This document shows, piece after piece, positions 29,001 to 42,023 of a stretch of DNA of 64,000 nucleotides. Numbering within the stretch: position 1 is the first letter of the stretch; every line of letters starts with the position of its first letter. Source of the DNA: Chrysomallon squamiferum (taxonomy: Eukaryota > Animalia > Mollusca); contig CM022672.1 in assembly GCA_012295275.1 (NCBI GenBank), positions 18,414,001-18,478,000 on the forward strand, written 5' to 3'. A model generated the notes under the pieces. It saw nothing but the letters and a program-made list of their open reading frames with translations. It was not told the DNA's origin and did no database searches. The position numbers and the translations under genes are program-made.

Positions 29001-32000
29001 AGTAATAGATAAATAGTTTTTCTTTTTTTTTCCAACTATTTTCCTTGTTTACTTACTTTTATCAAATCAAAGAATGATGAATGAATATTTAATTTTTGTG
29101 TTTGTTTTGAACAAACTAAAATATGTCTCTCTTTTATTATGTTGTAGTTTGAGAAAGCAGAAAACAAAGACCAGCTTGACAAGGTAATTGAAGGCTTCCA
29201 GTTTTCTCTGCGCTCTAAGATCAATCCCAGGAATCTGAAGAGATTCGTCCATGCTTACTTGACGTAAGTTCTTTAAACTGTAACAAACCTACATGAGGCC
29301 TGACATTCCTGTGCCTTTCACACTGATGGTTTACACATTTTATTTTATTATATGTTAATGCTGCAAATGTACTGTTTTCTTATACTCTATTAATAAGATT
29401 TGAACGAGGATACTTTCTTTGTAGAGAAATTCTTCTTTATATCAAATGGTACAGCAAATGTAATACTGTTGACCAATGTTTAGTAACATTGCCTGTGTTT
29501 TGCCAAATATGTTTTTCATTTAATTATCAGCATATGAGAATTTGAAAGAATAATTAAGACATTCCTGTTGATGAAAGCGAAATATTTTCTGACTGAAACA
29601 TATCCCAAATATTTCTGTTTTCCAAATGCAGTACACAATAACCGTAATTTAATTTGTCTGTTTTATATTACAGCATATATACAGTGTATATCTTACATAA
29701 ACATTTATACATGCAGTAGCATGAATGTCACTTAAACATACAGAAGCATACATATATAAAATTTTAATTACAGCTTAACAAACAAATGTTTTGTCTAACA
29801 CCTCTTTTGTTTCTTCTGAAAAGAAACAAATGTCACTGAAGATGTTAAATGTCATAATGTAAGCTACATTTGTGATTAAAATATGTAAAATGGAAATATA
29901 TTTTAGAACAAATAGTTAATCAAGGATTTTATTTATGGAAACTTTGTCTGTCAGTGTTATAGTCTTATCAGTTATTCTTAGACATATTGTTGTACAGCAT
30001 GACCTCCATCAGTTTGCTTGAATCATTTCATCAAATTTTAAATTGAATATCCCAAAAGTGCTTCTTTCTATTTATGTAGTGAGTCAGTAATCTCTGAAAT
30101 GTACTTTTAACTCTGTCAGCCAGGATTAAAAAAAAATATATATATTTAGGTCTTTAAGGATTAGGATTATGAAACAAAAGTTCTAATATAATAGCTATTT
30201 TCTTACATTTATTTATTTATTTATTGATTGTTATAATTTTTACATAGGTTTTTGTTTTTTAATGCAAGATCTAAGGACTCTTGTGCAGTCAAATTTCCTT
30301 GAATGATTTCTTTCACTTAATACTTGCATACAGTTTATTTTACTTCTGTGGGGGTGGTTTAACTAGATTGTAAGTCCATCACAAGCCTTTTTGTCATTTT
30401 TGTTTGTCAGACAGTGTATTATTATACTGGAATTCTATTTGTTCATCAGAGTATTCCAGACATTTCTGTTAAATCTCAGAATATGTCATTACAATGGAAT
30501 AGTTATTTGTTTATTTCAACATTCCAAAAATTTCTGAATTTTTATTTTTATTTTTTTTTTTTTATAACTGTTATTTTTTAAATTAGAAAAGCCATATTAT
30601 ATTCAGTACATTTGTTTATTACAGAATTCTAGAAACTTCTGTTAGCCCAACAATGTAATTTTTTTTTTTTTATTTTTATATACTAGGATAGGTATTTGTT
30701 TATTACAGAATTTTTGAAATTTCTGTTAGTCCCCAAAAAGACCATATTTTTACAGTGTAGTAGCCAGTTGTTTATTACAGTATTCCAGAAACTTGTTAAG
30801 TGTCAGAATGTGTAATTACACTGGAATAGCCTTTTGTTTAGTTCAGAATTCTAGAAACCTCTGTTAGTCCCAAAATATGTGATGTTTTTTATGCATTGGA
30901 TAGCCATTAATTTATTACTGTAATCTAGAAACTTCTTTTACTGTCAGAATATATCATTACATTGAAATAGCCTTTTGTTTATTCCAGAAATTTCTTTTGG
31001 TCTTTGTTCTTTCCTCTTCCTTTTTGAATGTATGTATTTCTTTTGTGGTGTGTTGTGGTGTTATTTATCTTTTATTTTTATTTATCTATATTATTATTAT
31101 TATTATTATTATTTTTACATTGTTGTAGCCATTTGTTCATTACACTATTCGATTAGTCCAAGAGGATGTAATTAAAAAAAAAAAACATTTCTACACTGGA
31201 ATAGTCTTTTGTTGGTTATAGCATTACCTGGAACTTCCATTAGAACATACCATTACTCTGGGATTGCCACTGGTTTATCACTGATCTGGAACAATTTTAT
31301 AATCAGTTCTAATACAAATAAAAGGCCATTTGAAGTTAGTTGCTCACCAGCTGAGTGGTCTGGCCATAGCTTGCCACTAGAGCTAGTTCCTAGTGAGAGA
31401 CTGATCCTACCCCTGGCCTTGAATCACAAAATAATTATAACGTAATTAATATGCACTCATGTGTTACAGATTCAGTGTAAGATGTTATCATGTCTGATGG
31501 ACAGTTTAATCATGATGATGGTCCTGGATTGAATAAAGCTATGTTATGTGACCTCACTATCTAATTGTTTTACCATGTTTTTACATTGTGTTGAACATTT
31601 CACCTTTGAAATATATAAATGTGTATGTGTGTGTGTGTGTGTGTGTGTGATTTTAAAATTAATATACATAGTAAATTAATTTGTGTTGGAAGTCTTTTTC
31701 ATATATGTGCATTTTTCTCTCTCTGCATGCATATATATATATTAATAAATAGTTTTTGAATATATGCCTATTATACCATTTTGATAGGTAACTGAACATT
31801 TTATTATGTTTTTCCTTTTTTTATCATTTTTTTTTTTTTTTTTTTTTTTTCAGGAGGTCAAATGTGATGGATATCATAGGAAGACTTAAGTATGTTGCTT
31901 CAATTACTTTTGTCTTATTCCTCTTCAGCATTTTTACTGTTATTACACTTGTGGGACAAGTAATTACTTTGTAGAAAACAGTTTGCTAAATATTTCCTGC

Positions 32001-32945
32001 TTGAACGGTCAAGTAGATTATCAAAATTCCGGTAAAATTAAATTTTCAAAAATTACGTTACTAAAGCTAGTTGTTTATATAAAAAAAAAAAAAAAGGATT
32101 AAACAAAAAAAAAAATAATAGAGATAAGAGAAAAAAAAAACCTTTCTTTCTCAAAACAAAATGATCTTTCATTTTCATCAAATGCATGATGATGAGAAAC
32201 AGTATTTTCAGATTACACTAAAATCTCTTCAAATTAGTTTTAATGCCATTGAGATTTTATTTTTGTAAACAGCTGGGAAATTTGAATTCTTGAGAAAAGT
32301 GGTTTTTATATGAGAATAGCAGTTTTCAGTCATTAAAACTGAATGTAAATATTTCTTGATACTATCTGAAATGTGAGACTCCAGTCTCAAACCAGATGCA
32401 ATAGCTTGATTTTCTTGAAATTAGTCTTCAGAATAATTCATGCAAGTATATACATGACTGGTTGAATTATTATTCAGCTGATTTTTCTCAGATAATTTAA
32501 AATCTCTATGAGTTATAGCCATTATGTTTAATTTTGCATGAAGGTTTGTTTTAATGGGAAATAAAATGAATATTCATTACTTTGGAAATATATTTTTTAA
32601 TTTTTGGATAATGGTAACTATTTTTAACCGAAGATCTGATTTCAAACTTTATTGATGATTCTTATTGTTTCTTGGATCACATTTTGCTATTTTTATTATT
32701 ATTTCTCAAATTTCTGTACATGAATTAAACTCCAAAGGGAAATGTTAGACTTTGTGAATTTTAATATTTATTTTAATTTTTATTTTTACCCAAGATTTTG
32801 TCAGCATTAACGAAGTTAATAATAACCAAAAAATATACAAAATATATTCAAATGCATCCAAAAGACATATATTTTAGTATGTTAACTAAATATTAAATGT
32901 CTATATCTGTATCTGTAAATCTGTATCTACATTTATATCTGTCTT

Positions 32946-33016
<71 letters not shown>

Positions 33017-34944
33017 GTTTTAAATTAAACAGATGTCAGGTTCTGATGGTTACCGGAACTAAAGCCTCCTTCAACAAAAATGTCCATTCCCTCTTTGACA
33101 CAATGAGAAAGAACATTGACAAGAAGCTTGTCGATTTTCTTGAAGTAGATGGTGTTGCTAATGTGCTGGAGGAAAAGGTAATGCCTATAGATAATTAACA
33201 ATTAATACCTGTACACAGAGTAAAGGTAATGCCTGTAGAAAATTAACATGTAATACCTGTTCATAATGAAAAGTCATGCATATAGTTAAGTTAATTAACT
33301 CATGCCAAAACATTTCTCACAACAGTTGATGGTAAGAAATCATTGGTACTTTTGTTACATAAAAAAAACAAAGATGTCACAACTTTAAACAGTTTTCAAG
33401 GCTGTACAGAAATGTGATAAATGTGGCACATTAACATGAAAATGTTTTCAGATATTTTTCAGCTCATTTCCTATGTAACTTTTATAATGCTATTTGCCTT
33501 TTTAATAAGCTGCTACCCTGAGTAGTCAAATGTTGTTGTTTTTATATGAAAGAAAGAATATGATTTTTATTGATAATAACAGTGTGTTTGCTGATATTTT
33601 TTGGTTTAATTTTATTTTAGCCTGACCGATTTGCAGAGACCTTCTTGTTTTTCTTACAAGGTTTAGGACTAGGTATGTACAAATTTATATTGTTATGTAT
33701 AAACTGATTCATCATTCTGTTTACACAGCCATCATAAATACTGGTTCATTAATATGCACGAAAGGGTTTATTTTACATGTAAATAGGTTAATTTAATATA
33801 TTATATAAGTGACTTATTTAAGTGATGTTTTCATGTCATTACTTGTTTTCATCGATCATGCTGGTTTGACCTACTTCAATGATTCATAGTCATTTTGCTT
33901 CCATAGTCCATAGCAGTTAACACGAGTTTGTGAAATTCCTTCCACTGTGGATATATATCACATCTGTAGTTAATAAAACTGTGTAATAAAGGATATGAAG
34001 ACTGTAAAAATGTTGCGTAATGAAACACATTTAAATCTGATGCATGGCCTCCAGGGAAGCTAACTGATAGATTTACAACTAATGTACTACAAAACCAATA
34101 AACATGACTTCAGACAAAAACACATAAATGTTGAGCAATAGAATCATTAACTGTATATTTATAGACTTTATAAATAAATAAAAATAAAAAAAATGATATT
34201 AGCCTCTAAAAAATTAAGCAGTATGTAATATTTTATTTTTTATTTTATTTTATTTTATTTTATTTTATTTTATTTTATTTTATATATTTTTTTATTTTCG
34301 CTTCAGGCATTTCAAAACTGATATTTTTGAGATAAAGATTAGATTATCAGACATGTATCTGCAGTTGTTGGGAGATAAAAATTTTTTTAAAGTAATTCAA
34401 AAGCTTTTAGCTTGTTTCATGTTTTTTTATACACTGGTTAACTGTTTTATTTTTGTTATTTTGTTTTTTTGTTTTTTTTTGTTTTGTATTCACTTAAATG
34501 ATTTTTTTTTTTTTTTATCTTTTCTTAAATTTGGTTCTTAAGGGGAATAACTCTGGCCTCCATCATCATTACATAAAATTAATAAGATTATTGGATTTTT
34601 TTTTTTTCTTCCTTTTTTTTTTGTTTGAAATCTTTATATCTGTATCTGGCAAACAATTGCACTTTGAAAACAGTATCATTTAAAACAGCATCAGGCAAAC
34701 ACATACTTGAGAAAAATTGTGTAAATGAATTTAAGAAATGTGTTGTCTCTTTGTTTCAGTCGGAGGAGTGCCGATGCCACGGGTGCAGAGATCAGCCTCA
34801 ATTGGTGAGTGTGTCATTCCTCCAGGGCGAGCTCGCAGCATGTCAATGGAGGAAGCAGACCAGCCTCTTGGCATTTATAGCAAGAGCCCCCCCAAATACA
34901 GTAACAACCCGGTTACTATGACTCCTAGCCCCCCCAAGAGTTAA
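7738..34944 (+). CDS. NDRG: NDRG/Ndr-family protein (ZK1073.1/CG2082-like), spliced, 5'-partial; isoform A = join(7738-7795,8245-8362,21312-21374,22128-22188,23479-23565,24139-24216,29148-29263,31854-31889,33033-33177,33621-33672,34760-34944), about 332 aa visible
   Basis: The joined exons give one open frame: GDLKHKQFVVLTVHDLGCNHSMWTNFLSHSSMEEITKRAAFIHVDVPGQEDDAPDLPADYTFPTMQSLGEDLVCVLDQLDVKQVVGLGEGAGANIILRFALAQPGRVLGACLIHCT...LKCQVLMVTG...NVLEEKPDRFAETFLFFLQGLGL. It carries the Ndr motifs TxHDxGxNH, HVDxPGQE, YxFPTM, GxGxGAGANI and FLQGxG. All introns are GT-AG with matching phase. The symbol is family-level only. Confidence 0.93.
8245..8362 (+). CDS. NDRG: NDRG-like exon: (H)SMWTNFLSHSSMEEITKRAAFIHVDVPGQEDDAPDLPA(D)
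   Basis: ttag acceptor, GA|gtgagt donor, HVDVPGQE motif; phase 1 to 2. Confidence 0.93.
17855..17998 (+). mobile_element. Possible decayed SINE core/3' remnant
   Basis: gagagtagtccata and aaagtgtttaagtgtcagtaaaata resemble core and tail segments of molluscan SINEs; recalled similarity only. Confidence 0.25.
21312..21374 (+). CDS. NDRG: NDRG-like exon: (D)YTFPTMQSLGEDLVCVLDQL(D)
   Basis: ttttcag acceptor, GA|gtatgt donor; phase 2 to 2; follows an intron of about 13 kb. Confidence 0.92.
   Translation, partial: LHISNHAKPWRRSCLCFGST
22128..22188 (+). CDS. NDRG: NDRG-like exon: (D)VKQVVGLGEGAGANIILRFA
   Basis: ttttag acceptor, gtaagt donor; degenerate nucleophile elbow GEGAG typical of catalytically inactive NDRGs. 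Confidence 0.93.
23025..23086. repeat. (TG)n microsatellite
   Basis: About 30 uninterrupted TG units. Confidence 0.95.
23479..23565 (+). CDS. NDRG: NDRG-like exon: LAQPGRVLGACLIHCTGQQANFMESMKEK
   Basis: tatcag acceptor, AAG|gtaaat donor; phase 0 to 0. Confidence 0.9.
24139..24216 (+). CDS. NDRG: NDRG-like exon: MNTWKLDQIGMNPSAEAYLVVHRFGT
   Basis: ttttcag acceptor, gtgagt donor; WKL..MNPSAExYL..HxFG is typical of the ZK1073.1/CG2082 subfamily as I recall it. Confidence 0.9.
24745..24970. repeat. Degenerate minisatellite of about 33 bp
   Basis: Recurring ctgaga(a/t)aaaattc(a/t)gaataaatatc-like units. Confidence 0.55.
28091..28427. repeat. Two-copy tandem duplication of about 150-180 bp
   Basis: tgagtac..tcagtaaattgagaaggtat...tgacagaatgatta...taagtacc..ggtatagaatctcag...tgtaccaactgaaatactttttaaga is present twice. 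Confidence 0.9.
29148..29263 (+). CDS. NDRG: NDRG-like exon: FEKAENKDQLDKVIEGFQFSLRSKINPRNLKRFVHAYL(T)
   Basis: ttgtag acceptor, AC|gtaagt donor; INPxNL motif; phase 0 to 2. Confidence 0.9.
30410..31275. repeat. Old diverged minisatellite of about 58-60 bp
   Basis: Repeated tacactggaatagcc.tttgtttattacagaattctagaaacttctgttagtc units, interrupted near 31000-31110. Confidence 0.75.
31854..31889 (+). CDS. NDRG: NDRG-like 36-nt exon: (T)RSNVMDIIGRL(K)
   Basis: Long poly-T then cag acceptor, AA|gtatgt donor; phase 2 to 2; supplies the R....L-K-C segment expected before the next exon. Confidence 0.85.
   Translation, partial: EVKCDGYHRKT
32947..33016. repeat. (TATC)n(TA)n compound microsatellite directly upstream of an exon acceptor
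   Basis: Seen directly. Confidence 0.9.
33033..33177 (+). CDS. NDRG: NDRG-like exon: (K)CQVLMVTGTKASFNKNVHSLFDTMRKNIDKKLVDFLEVDGVANVLEEK
   Basis: aacag acceptor, AAG|gtaatg donor; phase 2 to 0. Confidence 0.92.
33621..33672 (+). CDS. NDRG: NDRG-like exon: PDRFAETFLFFLQGLGL(V/A), end of the hydrolase-fold domain
   Basis: ttttag acceptor, G|gtatgt donor; FLQGLG motif; phase 0 to 1. Confidence 0.92.
34760..34944 (+). CDS. NDRG: NDRG-like terminal exon A: (V)GGVPMPRVQRSASIGECVIPPGRARSMSMEEADQPLGIYSKSPPKYSNNPVTMTPSPPKS*
   Basis: tttcag acceptor in phase 1, TAA stop at 34942-34944; RxRSMSMEE tail motif. Confidence 0.9.
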
Positions 34945-37424
34945 ACGTTTTGCTAGAGACATTTTTTTTTTTTTTTTCTAACAAAAGGCAGATTAACTTT
35001 GAGAATTGTATTTCTCAGAGTTCTGTCTTTGTTAGTATACTGAGAATGTATTATATCATAACCTATGTTTGATTAAGGAGCATATTTTGTCAGCAGAGAG
35101 ACTGTATATAGGCCCTTTTTAGGAAAGTGTTGTTGGTAAAAGTATTACAGAATTTAAATGCATTTTTTTTTTTCCCCGTTTATAATATGCTAACACTATT
35201 TTGGCAACAAATTTTTCTGTATTTTTCAAACAGTTCATTTTAATAATTATTTTAATGATTGATTGAATTGATGACACATGATGTAGACTAATACCACAGA
35301 AAAACAAATTAATCTGGATTAATGAAAATCTGATTCTGATCCTGTTTTGTATTTCAACCAGATTATCTTTCTCTTTTTTTTTGTCATTTAAAAATTAAAT
35401 AAGTAGTCTTTTTCGCCCTCCATTTTTTAATTTTTTTTTTATTCTCTCTCCATGGGAATGGGATTTTTTTGGAGACTAACACAAAAAATGTAATATTGTT
35501 AAATGTATTTTCAGATGTTAAAAATTTTAAGACAAATACTAAATACTAATTTTGTTTTCAAGAAATGAATTCACACGCTTATCCATCATCATAACATACA
35601 ATGTTTATAACGGTACAAATTGTTTCCATCACTGCACATTGTGAAATACTAGCTTTCAAAAACACTTCATTGAAATGTTTTGCTGTATTTTGTTGAGATG
35701 AAAATTCACCTGCAAAACATAGTCTTTTTACATGTACCTGTTGAAAAGTGTTAACATATAGAAGTGCTAATTGAAGGTAAGTGGATGTCTCTTTTTTTAA
35801 AGAAAAAGTGCATGACACAAGATAATACTGCAGTAATTAAGTACATTTCCTATGATGACATACAATAATTAAAGTAAATAAAATTTAATAGTGCTTAAGT
35901 TGTTTAGTATATACTTATTGTTAATTAAATTTATTACCGTTAAAAGGTTATTTTGGAAAATAACCATTTTGTTATATAAAAAAAAATGTTTAACTTGCCT
36001 TACTTTTCTTAGTAACAAAACTACCTCCACCATTTCAGTGATTTCTCATTTTCAAAGTTCTTAGTACCGTTAACAAACATTTAGATCATTTTTATTTTAT
36101 TTCCCTCTATTTTTCTTTTCTGTTCTTTTTAAAAGCCCCCCAAAATTTTAAACACCAACTTGTTTGTATTTTGTTTCATTTGTGATTAATTAGAAAGTTG
36201 AGTTAGATTTTTTACATATATATATACAACCTGCTAAAAACATAATTAAGCAAAAGCAAAATTCAAATATATAGTTTAAAATAATTTGATGTTTGTTTAT
36301 TTTTCCTTTTGTTTATTTTATTTTGATAACCAATTTCTGTCTTTTCACTTCATTGTCAATGAAGTTTCCTTGATTTTGTTCAATATTATTGTTGATTTTT
36401 GTTAAGACAATGTTTGTGATTCTGATTTCATATTTTTGTTTTAATGATTTAATTAAAATAGCATGCTTGATTTTGTTATTACGTTATTTTTTATTCGATT
36501 AGAACAGTATTCTTGATTTTGTTATGATTACAACAGTATTGATTTGCTTTTCAAAACCACATTAATTAAATTTACTTACTTTAGAAAGCATACGCTTACA
36601 CTAGACACAAAGTATTCTTGAATGTACTTTTTTACTGAAAGAAATTACTTTTGCAATATTTTCTTTCATTCTGTATTTGTTGTTATTTCATATATCACGT
36701 TTATATGCTATTATGGCTAACTATTGTTTTCTTGTTGAGATTTAAGTATATATTGATGTATATACATTTCTAAGCTGTGATTTGTTTAGCTCAGTTTACT
36801 AAAGTACAGTATCAGAATATATGCTCATTTATATATGAATATACAAAAGTTTTATTTTTTCCATTATAAAATAGTTCAACAGTGGAATTTTTCATACTAA
36901 CATCTGGATATCAAAGTGATTCTAAGTTTTAAAAAAAATATATAAATGAGATAAACATTTACTTAAAAATAATTATCTCATTATTTTAAAATATTGAATT
37001 TAATATGTGATATTAATATTTTCTAAAATCTCACATTACTAGGGTAAGATATTTTGTTTTATTGGTCACATATTTCATAGAAGTATATTCTCATATCTGT
37101 TATCTTGTACAGAAAACAAAATCTGGTAGCTATTTTCTTAATTTTATCAATAGGGCAGTTAACCTTTTAAATCTTTAACTTCTAATTTCGATATATTATC
37201 TTTTTTCCTGTAATCAAAGTCATTAAAGCATGTAATTGAATTATTATCTGTATACTGTATATGAGGCATGCATTTCCTATAAGTATAGGTTTCTAGTTTG
37301 CATTTATTTTTTTTATGGTGTTCTAGCCTATTTCTGTTAAATCATAATGAAACTCTTTGAATATGCAATATCATATTGCTACGCTAAATACCCTTTACTA
37401 GTTAAGTATGTTAAAACAAGAGTT

Positions 37425-37475
<51 letters not shown>

Positions 37476-37811
37476 TAAGAACAAAGTTAAGAAATTAATT
37501 TCTTTTGTTTTGCATATTGCCATTTGCTTGTCTAGTTGGAATATATGTACAATTAATAATTTAAAAGTAATCACTAGTTAGTTGTTAAATGAGACATTAA
37601 TATTGCCCTGATGTGTTCAGAACTGCATATTAAACTCACAATAAGCTGATGTTACAAATCATTGACAAACATTAACAGTTTATCTCAGGTTATCAGAATG
37701 TTGCATAATATTTTATACTACACCGAAATCCTTTTTTGATTACTGATAGTTATTAGGAGCTCTGTGATTTAAAGAAAGCCAAAGTATTTTAAATTAATAT
37801 TAAAATTTTAA

Positions 37812-37844
<33 letters not shown>

Positions 37845-40398
37845 ATGAAATTGTGATGTGTTAAATATTGCATTTCCTATTCCTGTTTTGAATTTCTCTA
37901 ATTTTCTCCATAAAGAAGCAATGATTAATGCAAGCTTTCGCGTTTTTCTTCATGAAATTATGACCATTCAAAACAATTTTAAAGTATAATAAATTTATAA
38001 TTAAAATGAGTTATCATGGGGTAAAAATTGTAGATGTAGTTTGTGACCTAGTTTAGTATATTATTTCACAGCCTCTAAATATACGTCTATAACAGAAGTG
38101 TATGCTAAAAAAAAACTGACAGACATGTCGGAATAACTTACCACTAACGTATTAATATTGTCCAGTGCTATTCAAGCTATTTTGATATTTGTAACAATTA
38201 TATTTTTCTCTTTGTGTGTCCAAAACAGCTCTTAGTGTTGTCATTGTTCAAACTGCTTTAGTGGAATTCATTTCTAATTTGTGTTACATGTAACGTTTGG
38301 TACAAGGGTTTATTTTATTGTTTCTTTCTTTTACATTTTTGTCTTCTTATTTAGAAATGTGTCAAATTTCAGTTAAGCTTTGTGTATATTAGTGCTTTGA
38401 CTTTTATTCTATAACAATGTTGAATCCCCTTTTTTGTTATCCTGTTATTATTTTAAATTTTTTGACAATTGTTTATTTTTTTATTATTTTTACTTTCAAA
38501 AATCAAATGTTGTTCATTTTTTCGGCTGATATTTTTGTTACTTGCTTTTTTTTCATTTGTAGAGGTGTGACCTTAAACAGTGAAAACCTGTGTTCTAGTC
38601 TGTAATCATCTCAGTATTTGTTTACTTAAAGTAGCATTATCAAATCTGTAATCTGCCACATAAGATATTCATTTAATAGTTATCATAATTTATTTTTCAA
38701 GTGTGAAGAAGATTTGATAAACATTTTGTGGGTAATTTGATACACATAAATAAATAAATAAATAAATTAGATTCAGTATGAACTATGCAGTTGAAATATG
38801 ATGTTCTAAATGTAATTCTAATTACATTATCTTATTATAATTAGACATTAAATAATACAGTTTTCATAATGCTACTTTAAAATTGCAGCTCAGTTAATCA
38901 AGTTTATAACCTAAAGCTTCAAAAATATTATTATACACTCTAGCAAAACTTCATTAAATGATGTACAAATTTTGTTTGGAAATAAACTAGTTAAAAATAG
39001 TCATTTGGTTTTAATTTTTTTTTTAAATGTTTTTAATAAAGACTGATGGTGGCAGTACAACGATCTTGAATTATACTCCATTTTACACTTACATAAATTA
39101 CTTAGCATGGTCTTAAAAAAAAAAAAAAAATTATAAAAATATAAACAACATAAATGGCAAAGGAATGACAAAGGAATTTTAAAATTTATTTTGCAGATCT
39201 TGTTTATTAAATTAATATTTTAGATGATGAACAATTGAAACAGAAAATATATTTAAAAATTATAAAACCATGATGTATTTGGCTTTCTGTCAGAAATTCT
39301 TTTCATGGAATTTTATTTAAATCATTTGGCATAAATCTTTGTTGTTTAATGTGTTAGTATTTTTACCCATATTCCTAGTGTAAAAAAAAATTAATAATAA
39401 TAATAATTGCTGTTGTCTTCTTCAGTATGTTTAATTCATCTTTTGTAAACACAAAAGTGACTGTTTAAATATATTGTCTTTACCCCTTTGTGTTTTTACC
39501 TCCTGTTGTCGCAGATACCTGTTGTTTTGATATTTAAATGTTGCCTGTGTTTCTAAAACTGTGATACTTAGTTAGCACTATTTGTGAAGCATTGATATTG
39601 CATGACAGTGACATAACTGAAAACAAGGTGTTTTCACAGCAACGGAAACTAATCCAGTGTAATCATGTGACTTATCATCCTTGCTTGTGAAGAATGCATG
39701 TCTAACATGCCAATGATTTGAGTATAATTTGATTTATAATCCTTTAGTAGAAACATCACACACACACACACACATAAACACACAGACAGACACACACAGA
39801 CAGATACACACACACAGAGAGACAGACAGACACACACACACACACACTATTTCAATATACTATTGAAAAACCTCAACTACTTTTTACTTGGTAAATGTAG
39901 CCGTAGTATACTACAATTTTAATAATTATTTTCCTCACACAAAAAATAAAAAGTTAAGATAAATTAAAATAAAGAAAAATAATAATAATTAAAAAACTAT
40001 ACATGTGTATAAATACATATATATATGTATATATACTAAAAAGCCTTAAATAAATGACATGATCACATTTCAATTAAAAAGCCTGATGATCATTTTCAAT
40101 TAATGATGATTTGCAAAACATTTATGACTGTGTACTGAACAATGATTTAGTTCTGGATTACATGTAGTCATTGTTTTACAACACAAATGATTACATACCT
40201 GAAATCCAGTGCAGACATCTCAGCTTCTTCGTGAAAAATGAAAGATGCCATAGTATCTAACTTGCAAAATATCATTTTGAATTCTGTTTCTGAACAGGAT
40301 TACAAAGACTGGAGAGAATAGTAATTCAAGGAACAAACTGAAAGCCAGATTAGATAGAAATGAGAGGGAGTGAGAATAAGAACCTTTCCTTTCCAGTG

Positions 40399-40640
<242 letters not shown>

Positions 40641-41985
40641 GTATAAAAACTTTGGTACTAAAACATTCATTATCTTAGCATGTTCTCTCTTGACTCACTG
40701 TCTACTGACTAACGTGTTAAACTGATATTTAGTATAATGCTGTCCAAATTATAGTGCTCATACTCTGCAGTTTAAATGAAATGTGATTAATTCACAAATT
40801 AATTGTTCAGTCATGCTGAAAAATATTTTTAAAAATCATAAAATATAAAACAATATAAATGATGTTTTCTAAGGACTGTCTAGGTCATTATTGAATTGTA
40901 TATCTTACTTTTGAATTTAGAAACAGATATTAATATGATTAAGCGTCATGTATAGTATTTATTAAGTGTCCCAATTCAAATGTTTTCTTTAAACACTGAT
41001 GAAAAATGTACCCAAGACTAAAGACCATTTTATTGTAAGTAGTCATACTATATAGACGTAATTTAACGTTTACTTTAACGAAAATAAACGTTACTGTATA
41101 GTGATTGTATTAAAGCTAGCATAAGACATATTTTTAATTTCGAAGCATTTGCATAAGGTCACTGATCTGATACCGTTTCTTGTCCGTAAAACAATTCTAT
41201 TTATTTACTGGCCCCTCCCTATCCCACCCTCAAGAGTTAACATCTGCAGATTTGACTAAGATGTACGAAGGCTTTTGAACCAGCATGCTCTAATTCACAG
41301 AAGATATTTATAATTATGATTATTTTATTTATTTATTTGTTTTTTATTTATTTATTTGTTTGTTTGTTTGTTTGTTTGTTTGGGTTTGGGTTTTGTTTTT
41401 TGTTTTTATTTATTTATTATTTATTTTAAGATAATTAAAACAGTTATTTGTACAGATAAAAATGACACTGATTACAGTCTAATCCAAGACGGATCTTAAC
41501 ATTTTATCACTGTATGATCCAAACATTTCTCTTATTTCAATGGAATTAATATACCATTTTGCTTTCTTTCTTGTCCATTAACTGATAGCAAACCGTTTGG
41601 AAAGTTTACTTTGATGAGTCACCTTTCACAGGCTACAGCTGTATACTTCAGAATATAATTATTGCTTAATAAATATTAATACGTATAACGTATTCGCCTT
41701 CGTACCGCGTGCTGTAATAAGCGTTAACTGGCAATATGACCTTTGTGATTCGGTCGTATTAGTACTTTTATCAATAAACTTTATAAAACGCATTTGATGT
41801 TCGAAGTTACTCGCAATTTATGCATCATCAGTGTCTTTAGTCAGCCTTGAAGTTTAAACCAGGCAAGTTTTTATAAAAGCAAAATGTCTTTGTCAACATC
41901 AAACCCTGCTTCTAAATAATCTTTGCAAAAAAAGGGTAAATCTTGATTAACTGTTTTACCTATCTCATACGTTTGTTAAAGTAAA

Positions 41986-42023
<38 letters not shown>

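Noticed and set aside
29036-29252. Minus-strand ORFs of 61-62 aa
   Set aside because: They are antisense to the real + strand exon 29148-29263.
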